A DNA stretch of 33,695 nt from an uncultured Methanosarcinales archaeon (GCA_964372795.1 CAYJSO010000001.1:2993-36687), one strand, 5' to 3'. Counted from the stretch's first letter, positions 1 to 8,860 are shown. Notes: generated by a model from the sequence alone, not told the origin. Program-made: numbers and translations.

Positions 1-231
1 TTCAAGCAGCCAAAGCTAATTTATTTCGCAAAACATTTACTATAATAGGCTGCGGAGCACCGACGTGCACGAATGTCATGAGTGCTGGCTAACCGGGAGT
101 TCAGTAAGAACTATATCTTTATGCGACGCCATAAAAATAAATTTAAGGTTAATAGTAAAGTTAAAGGATAAATTAAAAAATAATATTAATTAAAAATAAA
201 ACTAACCTATAAAATAATAACAGGAGCAAGA

Positions 232-239
232 TTTATAAA
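232..239 (+). promoter_or_regulatory. candidate archaeal TATA box (TTTATAAA) for the ABC ATPase gene
   Basis: The octamer tttataaa is centred ~30 nt upstream of ATG 266, with no Shine-Dalgarno in between, suggesting a leaderless or very short leader. The same octamer precedes the 5S rRNA (5388) and the bPH gene pair (17591). Confidence 0.4.
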
Positions 240-265
240 CCAATTAAAACTCTTATCTTAACAGA

Positions 266-1246
266 ATGCCAGCAACCGCATTAAGAATAAAAAACCTGAC
301 AAAAGAGTTGGGCAACCACATTATACTTGACAACATTACATTTGACGTCAAAAAAGGCGAGATCTTTGGTGTAATTGGAATGAGCGGCTCAGGAAAAACA
401 ACTCTCCTGTCTCATTTAATTGGTTTCCTTGAACCGGATGAAGGAGAAATCTATTACCGCCCGGCAGACGCAATAAGCGACAGCGAAAAAGAGCTTAAAC
501 ATCTGCATGAAAACGTCTACCAGGTCCGCCAAACCTTTGGCTTCGCTCCGCAAACGCCTTCTTTCTACCCAAAACTTACAGTAGAAGAAAACTTGATGCA
601 CTTTGGTTCCTTGCATCACTTGGACAAAAAAGCCTTGAAGCAAAACACTGCTCACTTGCTTGAACTTACTCAACTAACAGATCACAAAAACAAGCTGGCT
701 GATCAGCTTTCAGGGGGAATGCAGAGAAGATTAAGCATAATTTGCGGAATGATTCACAAGCCGGATATTTTAATTTTAGACGAGCCGACTGCTGATCTTG
801 ACCCAGTATTAAGCGCAGAAACATGGAAGTTAATCACAGAAATAAACAAGCTTGGCACAACAATAATTGTTGCTTCCCATTTCCTTCAGGAGCTGGAAGC
901 AATGTGCGATCGCATCGCAATTATACACAACGGCAAACTGATTGAATATGGCACAATCGAGCAGATAAAACAAAAGTTTGGGCATAACACAACAGAAATA
1001 CGTGTTGAAACAGAAGCTTCAAACTTCTCAAAAGTTTTAAACATAGTAAGCAAGAAAAACATTGCAAATGTAAGAAAAGAAGACCGCAAGCTTGTATTGT
1101 ACACAAAAAACCCGCAGAAAACACTGTTAGAACTGGCAAAAGCAATCAGGCATGGAAGATTAACAGTTAAATCACTTGAACTTAACCGCCCGACTTTAAC
1201 AGAAGTGTTTGGGGGTATAGCAAAGAAGCAAATGATGGTAAAGTAA
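266..1246 (+). CDS. ABC transporter ATP-binding protein
   Basis: Walker A GMSGSGKTT, ABC signature LSGGMQRR, Walker B ILILDEPT and H-loop region VASH. A ~90-aa C-terminal extension follows the NBD. Confidence 0.9.
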   Translation: MPATALRIKNLTKELGNHIILDNITFDVKKGEIFGVIGMSGSGKTTLLSHLIGFLEPDEGEIYYRPADAISDSEKELKHLHENVYQVRQTFGFAPQTPSFYPKLTVEENLMHFGSLHHLDKKALKQNTAHLLELTQLTDHKNKLADQLSGGMQRRLSIICGMIHKPDILILDEPTADLDPVLSAETWKLITEINKLGTTIIVASHFLQELEAMCDRIAIIHNGKLIEYGTIEQIKQKFGHNTTEIRVETEASNFSKVLNIVSKKNIANVRKEDRKLVLYTKNPQKTLLELAKAIRHGRLTVKSLELNRPTLTEVFGGIAKKQMMVK

Positions 1247-1413
1247 AAACAGTAAATTAAAAAATAAAATTAAAGTTAAATAAAATTTAATAAATAAAAA
1301 CTTAAAACAAAATGAATAAATAAAAACCAAAAAAATAAACAAAATAAAAATTAACTAGAAAACAAAAAACAAACAAAAATAAAAAGTTAGATAAAAAAAA
1401 GAGGCAGATAGAC

Positions 1414-3246
1414 GTGAAAAACATCTTCAGAATTATATCAAAGAATCTAAAGCTTCTCTTTAGGGCAAGAGCTTCAGCCTTAATCATCATTCTTGCCCCT
1501 TTACTAGTCGTTTTATTGGTCGGCATAGCTTTCGACAACTCAAATGTATTTGGCTTGACAATAGGTGTTTTCACAAACTCAACAAACGACGCAACAACAA
1601 GCTTGCTGGACGCATTAAAAGACCAGCAGTTTAACATAATCAGATACAACAGCCAGGAAACTTGTGTTGATGAAATTAAGCAAGGCAGAACAAACACCTG
1701 CATCATACTGCCGGAAGACTTAAGCTTTGAAAGCAACAAACAGAATGAGGTAACTTTCTACGTCGACTACAGCAAAATTAATCTGGTCTACATGATAACA
1801 GACACGCTAAGCTCCCGCTTTGGCTCTACTGCCCGTGAAATCAGTAAAAATCTTACCGCAGTTTTAATAGAAAAGCTCGATAAATCAAGAACAGAGCTTG
1901 ATGCAAAAAAGCCGGTTATCGCACAGGTTAAAACAGATTCCGGAGAAGCAAATGTAAAAGTTCAGAGCGTTTCAGGCGATCTTGCTTCTTTAGATTTTAC
2001 TTTCAGCGACTCCTCATTGCCAATAGACCAGGTTAAAAACTCCCTCTCAAAAGCCAAAAGCGACTTGACAACTGACTTAGACACTGCAAAATCAAAAGTT
2101 AGCTCAGCAAAATCAAAAAGCTCAGATGCAGGGGCGATTGCTGACTTAGACGCAGCCCTCGAAAGCATAAATGAAGCAAAAAGCACGCTCTCCGCCAACA
2201 ACACAAACGCAACAGGCACTCTAGAAAAGATAGAAGAGTCTCTGACAAACATACAAAACGAGCTGAATGTAATTAAATCTCAACTGGTGCAGGCCCAGCA
2301 ATTCAAAGAAGGGGCATCAACTTCACTATCAGAAGCAAAAGCAAAGCTCGATGCAGGCACAGACTCATTAAACCAGATAGAAAGCACAATCGACACCCTA
2401 ATAAGCGAAATAAATTCAATAAAAGTAACTGATCCTAGCGCAATTGCCCAGCCGATTGTAACAAATCTCAAGCCAGTAAGCTCTCAAAGCACTTACTTGA
2501 ACTACCTTTTCCCAAGCTTAATGGTTCTGGTTGTCATGTTCGTTTCCATTCTCGTAGGAACAACTCTTGTAATGATGGAAAAGCACAGCCCGGCTTACTT
2601 CAGAAACTTCATTACGCCAACAAGAGACATAGTATTTATACTCGCTACATACCTTACAAATATGCTTCTTGTTTTAATTCAAGTAGCAATAATGCTGCTG
2701 ATCGCATTATACTTCTTTTCCGGACAAATCACATTCACAATCCCCATGATCTTGCTTGTCTTATTGCTGGTAGGAACATTCTTTACACTTGCTGGCATGG
2801 TAATTGGCTATATCTTTGCCTCAGAAGAAACAGCAACACTGGCAGCAGTTTCAACCGGCACATTGCTTTTATTTTTATCAAGCGTAATCGTACCAATCGA
2901 AAGCATGCCTGATGCAATTAGGCAAATGGCAGTCTGGAATCCCTTTGTTGTAGGCGAGCGCGTCTTAAGAGAAGTAGTTTTATTCAATCCAGGCTTCAAC
3001 GTTATTGTAGATGACTTAGGAATCCTAACAATTTACTCAATCGTTTTATTCTTATTTATCTGGGGCTCCCAGAAGATAATGAGCAAGCACTATCTGCACC
3101 ATATAATGTACAAGCACCATAAGAAAAAGCATGAAGAGATGCAGAAAAGAGAAAAAGGGCATTTTGAGAAGAAAACAACGGTAAAACAAGTCCAGAAAGA
3201 AGCAGCAACGCAAACAAAGCAGAAGAAAGTCCTCTTCAGGATATAA
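1414..3246 (+). CDS. ABC-2 type permease with YhgE/Pip-like architecture (large coiled-coil ectodomain)
   Basis: GTG start preceded by gagg. N-terminal TM helix (LIIILAPLLVVLLVGIAF), then ~330 aa of Ser/Ala/Lys/Asp-rich heptad-like sequence, then about five C-terminal TM helices typical of ABC-2 permeases, and a Lys/His-rich tail. It sits downstream of the ATPase. Confidence 0.8.
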   Translation: MKNIFRIISKNLKLLFRARASALIIILAPLLVVLLVGIAFDNSNVFGLTIGVFTNSTNDATTSLLDALKDQQFNIIRYNSQETCVDEIKQGRTNTCIILPEDLSFESNKQNEVTFYVDYSKINLVYMITDTLSSRFGSTAREISKNLTAVLIEKLDKSRTELDAKKPVIAQVKTDSGEANVKVQSVSGDLASLDFTFSDSSLPIDQVKNSLSKAKSDLTTDLDTAKSKVSSAKSKSSDAGAIADLDAALESINEAKSTLSANNTNATGTLEKIEESLTNIQNELNVIKSQLVQAQQFKEGASTSLSEAKAKLDAGTDSLNQIESTIDTLISEINSIKVTDPSAIAQPIVTNLKPVSSQSTYLNYLFPSLMVLVVMFVSILVGTTLVMMEKHSPAYFRNFITPTRDIVFILATYLTNMLLVLIQVAIMLLIALYFFSGQITFTIPMILLVLLLVGTFFTLAGMVIGYIFASEETATLAAVSTGTLLLFLSSVIVPIESMPDAIRQMAVWNPFVVGERVLREVVLFNPGFNVIVDDLGILTIYSIVLFLFIWGSQKIMSKHYLHHIMYKHHKKKHEEMQKREKGHFEKKTTVKQVQKEAATQTKQKKVLFRI

Positions 3247-3329
3247 CCTTATAAGCCGCATAAATCATAAAAGCTTATTTATAAATATTTAAATAAAGAT
3301 TTAAATGAGAAAGCTCTCTTTAGCCTTAA

Positions 3330-3836
3330 ATGACAATAATAATTGTAACAGGCACCCCCGGAACCGGAAAAACATTTATAGCTAAACTGATAGCAAAAGA
3401 ACTTAACTCTAAATATGTAGATGTAAACAAAATTATCGACGAGAAAAAGCTCTGTGATGAATACGATGAAGTGAGAAAATGCAGGATAGTTGATGCTGAT
3501 AAATTAAATAATGCCCTAATTGATTTAATTAAAAAAAGTAAAGAAAAAAGCAAAGAAAATCTAGTTATCGATTCCCACATGTCGCACTATCTTCCTAAAA
3601 AATATGTTGATCTCTGCATCGTCACAAAATGCAGTTTAAAAATATTAAAAGAACGCCTGGACAAAAGAAACTATCAAGAAGAAAAAGTGCGCGAAAACCT
3701 GGATGCAGAAATCTTTGACAACTGCCTCGTTCAAGCAGAAGAAAACAGCCACAACATTTTAATTGTTGACACGACCAGCCGCATACATAAAGAAGAATTA
3801 ATGAAACAAATAAAAGCAAAATTAAAACTAACCTAA
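3330..3836 (+). CDS. Fap7/AK6-type putative adenylate kinase (NTPase)
   Basis: The P-loop lies at the extreme N-terminus (IIVTGTPGTGKT). The ~168-aa size and the motifs DSHMSHYLP and CSLKILKERLDKRNY match the archaeal/eukaryal AK6 family layout. Confidence 0.8.
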   Translation: MTIIIVTGTPGTGKTFIAKLIAKELNSKYVDVNKIIDEKKLCDEYDEVRKCRIVDADKLNNALIDLIKKSKEKSKENLVIDSHMSHYLPKKYVDLCIVTKCSLKILKERLDKRNYQEEKVRENLDAEIFDNCLVQAEENSHNILIVDTTSRIHKEELMKQIKAKLKLT

Positions 3837-3882
3837 CAACAAAACTAAAAACAAAATTAACAACAAAATTAACAACAAAAAA

Positions 3883-4983
3883 ATGCAAATATCAAAACCA
3901 GAACTCTCTGCAATCGAACTTAAAGCAATCGTAACAGAACTGCAAATACTAGTAGGCGCAAGAATAAACCAGATATTCCAGATTAAAAATGAATTCTTCA
4001 TCCAGCTTCACAAAAAAGAAAAATTCTTGTTAAGAATAGAGCCAGGCAAACTAATTTACTTAACCAAACACAAGCCAGAGATGGAAGAGCCAAGCAGCTT
4101 CTGCATGCAGCTGAGAAAGCATTTAAACGGACAAACAATTTTAGCAGTAGAACAGATAAACGCCCAAAGAATAGTCAAAATCTCATTTAAACAACACGCT
4201 TTATAAGTATAATTATTTTCAAAAGGCAAAATAATTCTAGTATACGATAAAATCACAATAATTGCCATACTCCAAAGACAAAGCTGGCAATCCCGTGATT
4301 TAAAGCCCCATATTGCCTACCAATTGCCCCCGATGGAGACTGATATGTTTTCAATAGATAATTCTTTATTCCATACTATTTTATCCAAAAGCAAAAAAGA
4401 CAAGATTGTTTCTTGCTTGGCTGCAGAGCTTGGCTTAGGCAGCTTATACGCAGAGCTCTTATGCTCAAACATAGACAAAAACAAAAGCCCAAAGCAATTT
4501 ACAGCAGACGAGAAAAGCAGACTTTATTCTTTCTTTTCCTTACTGAGAGAAAAAGTAAAAACTGAGCCAAAAGGCTACATTTACGATGACAATACAGTAT
4601 CTCCAATTAAAATACCAAATAAAAATTTAATAGAAGAACTATCTGCATTTGACGAAGCACTGGACAAAACGCTAAGCCTGACAAAATCTGAACGCTTGCA
4701 ATCAGAAAAAGAACTACTGTATCAACAGAAAATAAATGAACTTACGCGAATTCTAGAGCAGCAGGAAAAAACCCTATCAGAATTAACTAAAAAAATAGAA
4801 GAAGAAAGTGCAAAAGGTGAAATAATATACCACAACTATCAGCAAATAAAAGAGCTTTTAGATCAGATTAAAAAAATAAAAGTAATTGGCGGCTGGAGCG
4901 CAGTTAACGAATTTCTAAGCACTAAAAAAGAAATTAAAAATATAAACTTAAAAGATAAAAGCGTTAAGATAGAAATAAAATAA
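3883..4983 (+). pseudogene. NFACT-family (Rqc2/RqcH/FbpA-like) gene, interrupted by two in-frame TAA codons and lacking the C-terminal half
   Basis: ORFs 3883..4206 and 4324..4983 are in the same frame. Codons 4204-4206 and 4210-4212 are TAA, and the translation through them reads ...KISFKQHAL*V*LFSKGKIILVYDKITIIAIL..., matching the conserved NFACT-N 'L.(I/V)ELfGKGNIIL' block. The ORF ends inside the coiled-coil/M region (GEIIYHNYQQI) with no NFACT-R (DUF814) part. Confidence 0.65.
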
Positions 4984-5002
4984 ATAAGATAGAAATAAAA
5001 TA
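4965..5002. repeat. 18-nt direct repeat (taagatagaaataaaata) x2 with a 20-nt period, spanning the NFACT stop codon
   Basis: Copies at 4965-4982 and 4985-5002 are identical when read from the sequence. The first copy contains the terminal codons and most of the TAA stop of the truncated gene. Confidence 0.6.
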
Positions 5003-5037
5003 GAAACTAAAAAACAAATAAAAAAACAGAAACGAAA

Positions 5038-5385
5038 ATGCTAACTCAAAAACAAATCAACATCTTTTCTTGCTTTGGAATACTCTTCAACATAACAGAC
5101 AGCATAACAACGCACTTGGCTTTAGCAGTTGGACTCACCGAAATAAACCCCCTTGCCGCTTACACAATTTCTAAAAATATTTGGCTATTTCATCTGATTA
5201 AAATAATTATAGGAACTTGGCTTTTTCTTCCAAGCAAATACGGCATGATTCACTTGCTTATATGCCAAAAAGATTGGAGGAAAATAGCGGGAATTTTTTT
5301 ATTAATATTTTTGACCTTATTTTTCCTTTACCTTACCATGAATAATATTATAAACATAATAATAAAGATACTAACTGCACCATAA
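5038..5385 (+). CDS. small 4-TM membrane protein, DUF5658-like
   Basis: Hydrophobic 115-aa ORF with NITDSITTHLALAVGLTEINPL, which resembles the D..T....G..E.NP signature I associate with DUF5658. The assignment is from memory only. Confidence 0.55.
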   Translation: MLTQKQINIFSCFGILFNITDSITTHLALAVGLTEINPLAAYTISKNIWLFHLIKIIIGTWLFLPSKYGMIHLLICQKDWRKIAGIFLLIFLTLFFLYLTMNNIINIIIKILTAP

Positions 5386-5387
5386 CC

Positions 5388-5395
5388 TTTATAAA
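5388..5395 (+). promoter_or_regulatory. candidate TATA box for the 5S rRNA gene
   Basis: tttataaa ends ~23 nt upstream of the inferred 5' end of the 5S rRNA, which is the classical archaeal spacing. Confidence 0.55.
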
Positions 5396-5417
5396 CCACC
5401 TTCTTCAAAACACCTGA

Positions 5418-5530
5418 CAGGACGGCCATAGGGGGCTGGTCACACCCGATCCCGTACGATCTCGGAAGTTAAGAAGCCTTCCGTTCTGCAAAGTACTGTA
5501 TTACGCGGGAACCGTAGAAAGCTGTCCGCC
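5418..5530 (+). rRNA. 5S ribosomal RNA (archaeal type), stand-alone
   Basis: GC-rich island containing GGCCATAG....CACACCCGATCCCGTACGATCTCGGAAGTTAAG, which is 5S loop A/helix II-III/loop C consensus. The terminal helix I pairs 5420-5426 (ggacggc) with 5521-5527 (gctgtcc), including one G-U. Ends are uncertain by a few nt. Confidence 0.85.
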
Positions 5531-5541
5531 TTCTTTATTTT
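5531..5541 (+). terminator. oligo-T tract (ttctttatttt) following the 5S rRNA
   Basis: A T-rich run lies immediately 3' of helix I. Archaeal RNAP terminates at oligo-T. Confidence 0.45.
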
Positions 5542-5611
5542 AAAATTAGCCTTAATCTCACACTCACAAACACAACATTTTTAAACTCATACAGCTAAAA
5601 CCTCAATTAGG

Positions 5612-6364
5612 GTGGTTAAAATTAAATGTATTATACTCTGCGCAGGATACGCAACAAGGCTCTATCCTTTGACACAAAATCAGCCAAAGTCGTTGCTTGC
5701 AGTAGGTGACAAGCCAATTCTCGACTATATAATGGACCAAGTGGAACAGCTGGAAGACGTAACAGAGATTTTCATAGTGACAAATGACCGCTTCCTGCCG
5801 AACTTCTGGAGCTGGCGGGAAACATATTCCCCAAAGAAACGCACACATTTGTTCAGCGACGGAACAAAAAGCAATGAAGAAAGAATTGGTGCAATAGGAG
5901 ACTTGCATTTAGTAATAGAAAAGAAAAAAATTAACGAAGATCTTCTTGTAATAGCAGGCGACAATTTATTCGAGTTTGATTTAAAAAATCTAATCAGCCA
6001 ATTCAAATCAAAAAAAGCGCCGGTAGTTGCATTATACGATATAAAAGACAAAGCCAGAGCAGCAAAGAAATACGGGATTGCGGTAATTGACAGCAGCAAT
6101 AAAATAACAGAATTCCAGGAAAAGCCGGCTAGCCCAAAAACAACATTGGTAAGCACTGGCTGCTATGTCTTTACAAAAGAATCTGCAAAAAAGATAAGTG
6201 AATACGCAACAGAAAGCGATCACAGAGACAACCCGGGTGATTTTATAACTTGGCTTTCAAAACGCGAACCCGTTCATGGCTTTATTTTCTCAGAGAGGTG
6301 GTTTGATATTGGCAGCTTTGAAGCCCTAGAGGAAGCTTACGAAGCATACAAGAAAAGCAAATAA
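5612..6364 (+). CDS. sugar-1-phosphate nucleotidyltransferase (NTP_transferase family; likely supplies UDP-glucose to Ugd)
   Basis: GTG start. N-terminal ILCAGYATRLYPLTQNQPKSLL is the G-x-G-T-R-L nucleotidyltransferase signature. LVIAGDNLF is present, and the 250-aa size matches the short form. The sugar specificity is inferred only from the adjacency to ugd. Confidence 0.8.
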   Translation: MVKIKCIILCAGYATRLYPLTQNQPKSLLAVGDKPILDYIMDQVEQLEDVTEIFIVTNDRFLPNFWSWRETYSPKKRTHLFSDGTKSNEERIGAIGDLHLVIEKKKINEDLLVIAGDNLFEFDLKNLISQFKSKKAPVVALYDIKDKARAAKKYGIAVIDSSNKITEFQEKPASPKTTLVSTGCYVFTKESAKKISEYATESDHRDNPGDFITWLSKREPVHGFIFSERWFDIGSFEALEEAYEAYKKSK

Positions 6365-6379
6365 ACCAAATAAACCACC

Positions 6380-7708
6380 ATGAAAATAACAGTTTTTGGC
6401 TCAGGATATGTTGGACTTGTTTCAGGAGCATGTCTCGCAAATCTAGGGCACGATGTTCTTTGCATGGACGTAGATGAAAACAAGATTAACAAGCTGAAAG
6501 CAGGCGAGATTCCATTCTACGAACCGGGATTAAAAGAATTGGCTGCAGAAAACGTTAAAAGAAATCGCTTAAAATTCACAACAGACGCAAAAGAAGCAGT
6601 TGAGCACGGCATCGTAATATTAAACTGCGTAGGCACCCCGGGAAAAGATGATGGCTCAGCAAATTTGGATTTTATTTTCGATGTAGCAAAAAACATTGCA
6701 AAGCACATAAACGAATACAAAGTCATAGTAACAAAAAGTACTGTTCCCCCGGGCACAAACCGCAAAATTCATGAAATAATAAAACAGCAAGCTCCACAAG
6801 CAGAATTCGATGTCATCTCAAACCCAGAATTCCTCAAAGAAGGCGCAGCGATAGAGGACTTTAACCATCCAGATAGGATAGTAGTTGGGCTAGAAGACCC
6901 AAACTCAAGCGCAAAAGCAAAAAAAGTAATAGAAGAAATGTACTCCGGCTTATCCCGCACCTACATTGAAACAATCTACACAAACTGGGAAACAGCCGAG
7001 CTAATTAAATACGCATCAAACACTTTCCTTGCAGCAAAAGTCTCTTTCATAAATGAAATCGCAAACATTTGCGATAAAATAGGCGCAAACGTTAAAGTTG
7101 TTGCAAAAGCAATGGGGCTTGACTACAGAATCTCACCAAAATTCTTGAATGCTGGTGTCGGCTACGGCGGCTCATGTTTTCCAAAAGACGTTAGAGCTTT
7201 AACACATTTTGCAAAACAATTAAACTACGAGCCAAAATTAATCAACAGCATAGACATCTTCAATGAAAGACAGAAGACAATCATCGTCGATAAAATCAAA
7301 AAAGCGTTCAACAACAGCTTGCAAAACAAAACAATCGCGATCTTCGGCTTATCCTTCAAGCCAAAAACAAGTGACATGAGAGATGCTCCAAGCATTACAA
7401 TAATAAATTCTTTACTGCAACTAGGTGCGAAAATAAAAGCTTATGATCCAGCAGCAACAGATGTGCACGGAAACGAAGCAAAAAAGATTTTCAACAACAA
7501 AATAACATACCCTAACAATGCCTACGAAGCTGCCCAAGATGCAGATGCAATTGTTTTAGTAACAGAATGGGACGAATTCCGCAGCCTGGACATGGAAAAA
7601 ATAAAAAACAGCATGAAAGACAACAAATTATTTGACGGCAGAAACATTTACGTACCAGAAAAAATGCGTGCAATTGGATTTGAGTATTACGGCATAGGCC
7701 AGCAATAA
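6380..7708 (+). CDS. ugd: UDP-glucose 6-dehydrogenase
   Basis: N-terminal Rossmann motif VFGSGYVGLV, catalytic-Cys region GYGGSCFPKD, NPEFLKEGAAIEDF and a C-terminal UDP-binding domain (GLSFKPKTSDMRDAPS). Confidence 0.9.
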   Translation: MKITVFGSGYVGLVSGACLANLGHDVLCMDVDENKINKLKAGEIPFYEPGLKELAAENVKRNRLKFTTDAKEAVEHGIVILNCVGTPGKDDGSANLDFIFDVAKNIAKHINEYKVIVTKSTVPPGTNRKIHEIIKQQAPQAEFDVISNPEFLKEGAAIEDFNHPDRIVVGLEDPNSSAKAKKVIEEMYSGLSRTYIETIYTNWETAELIKYASNTFLAAKVSFINEIANICDKIGANVKVVAKAMGLDYRISPKFLNAGVGYGGSCFPKDVRALTHFAKQLNYEPKLINSIDIFNERQKTIIVDKIKKAFNNSLQNKTIAIFGLSFKPKTSDMRDAPSITIINSLLQLGAKIKAYDPAATDVHGNEAKKIFNNKITYPNNAYEAAQDADAIVLVTEWDEFRSLDMEKIKNSMKDNKLFDGRNIYVPEKMRAIGFEYYGIGQQ

Positions 7709-7849
7709 AACAAAATAAAAGACGGTAATAAAAATTAACAAAAAGTAAAAATAAATCAACTATAATAAAAAACAAAATAAAAATAAAAAATAGTTAAAAA
7801 ATATTATTAAAATAAAACAAATAAAAAATTAAAAACAATTAAAATATAA

Positions 7850-8812
7850 ATGAAAATAAATAAAATGAAACTTCTTGTAACAGGCGGCGCAGGCTTTATC
7901 GGCTCTCATCTATGTGAAGCTTTATTAAAACAAAACCACAAAGTTATTTGCTTGGATAACTTCCACAATTTCTACGATCCAAAAATAAAAGAAAGGAACA
8001 TAAAAAAATGCTTAAAAAACAAAAACTTCACTCTTTACCGCGCCGACATCCTGGACAAAAAAGCACTGGCAAAAATATTTCAAAAAGAGCAGCCGGAAAA
8101 AATAATTCATCTAGCAGCTCGTGCTGGTGTTCGCCCAAGCATGCAAAACCCGGATGCTTACCTGCAGGTTAATGTCCAAGGCACTTTAAATTTGTTGGAA
8201 CTTGCAAAAAAGCACAAGCTTAAGCAGTTCATCCTCGGCTCAAGCTCAAGTGTTTACGGAATAAGAAACAAAAGCAAATTTTCAGAAAATGACAAAACAG
8301 ACTTTCCAGTCTCAGTTTATGGAGCAACAAAAAAATCTGCAGAAGTATTATGCCACGCTTACGCAACAACCTACAAAATTCCAACAACTTGCCTAAGATT
8401 TTTCACAGTCTACGGCCAAAGACAAAGGCCAGACTTGGCAATACACAAATTCACCAAACTAATCACAAACAACCGCCCAATTCCTGTTTACGGCAGCCTG
8501 GAAACAATGCGCGACTATACTTTTATCGACGATATAATTGCCGGAACGCTTAAAGCACTCGAAAAAGAATTTGACTACGAAATAATCAACTTGGGGAACA
8601 ACAACCCGGTAAAACTGAAAGACTTGATTAAACTGCTGGAAAAAACCATCAACAAGCAAGCGATCTTAAATCACTTGCCACCTCAGCCAGGAGATGTTCC
8701 AATTACGTATGCTGATATAAGAAAAGCAAAAAAACTCCTAAACTGGAAGCCAAAAACAAAGATTAAAAAAGGAATAGAAGAATTTATCGCTTGGTATAAA
8801 GCAAACAACTAA
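7850..8812 (+). CDS. NAD-dependent epimerase, UDP-glucuronate 4-epimerase-like
   Basis: VTGGAGFIGSHL, SSSSVYG, the YGATKKSAE (YxxxK) motif and RFFTVYGQRQRPDLA closely follow the UDP-GlcA 4-epimerase pattern. The more likely start is ATG 7865 (MKLLVTGGAG). Confidence 0.8.
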   Translation: MKINKMKLLVTGGAGFIGSHLCEALLKQNHKVICLDNFHNFYDPKIKERNIKKCLKNKNFTLYRADILDKKALAKIFQKEQPEKIIHLAARAGVRPSMQNPDAYLQVNVQGTLNLLELAKKHKLKQFILGSSSSVYGIRNKSKFSENDKTDFPVSVYGATKKSAEVLCHAYATTYKIPTTCLRFFTVYGQRQRPDLAIHKFTKLITNNRPIPVYGSLETMRDYTFIDDIIAGTLKALEKEFDYEIINLGNNNPVKLKDLIKLLEKTINKQAILNHLPPQPGDVPITYADIRKAKKLLNWKPKTKIKKGIEEFIAWYKANN

Positions 8813-8860
8813 ACAGCTTATAAAAACAAAATAATTAAATAAAAAATAAAAACAAATTAA

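Noticed and set aside
49..131. Tested the GC-rich island as a tRNA (either strand) or a box C/D sRNA.
   Set aside because: The putative acceptor stem has 2-3 central mismatches. There is no GG D-loop and no GTTCRA T-loop with a 7-nt loop, and there are no RUGAUGA/CUGA boxes. It is kept only as an unclassified possible RNA.
1302..1739. 145-aa minus-strand ORF spanning the ATPase/permease spacer.
   Set aside because: Its C-terminal ~35-40 residues are a Phe/Leu-rich, low-complexity translation of the A-rich spacer read antisense. The rest overlaps the well-supported permease start. It is spurious.
4204..4212. Considered whether the two in-frame TAA codons in the NFACT gene indicate stop-codon reassignment (TAA read as an amino acid).
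   Set aside because: TAA terminates most well-supported genes in this window at positions matching family-typical C-termini (for example 1244-1246, 3244-3246, 7706-7708, 8810-8812, 15672-15674). TGA and TAG also act as stops. Global recoding is therefore not supported, and pseudogenisation or a local artefact is more parsimonious.
1247..8860. Checked the repetitive A-rich spacers, including the caaaattaaca x2 tandem at ~3853-3880, for CRISPR-like or tandem-repeat arrays.
   Set aside because: There are no regularly spaced, conserved 24-40-nt repeats with unique spacers. The repetition is low-complexity homopolymer-like sequence only.
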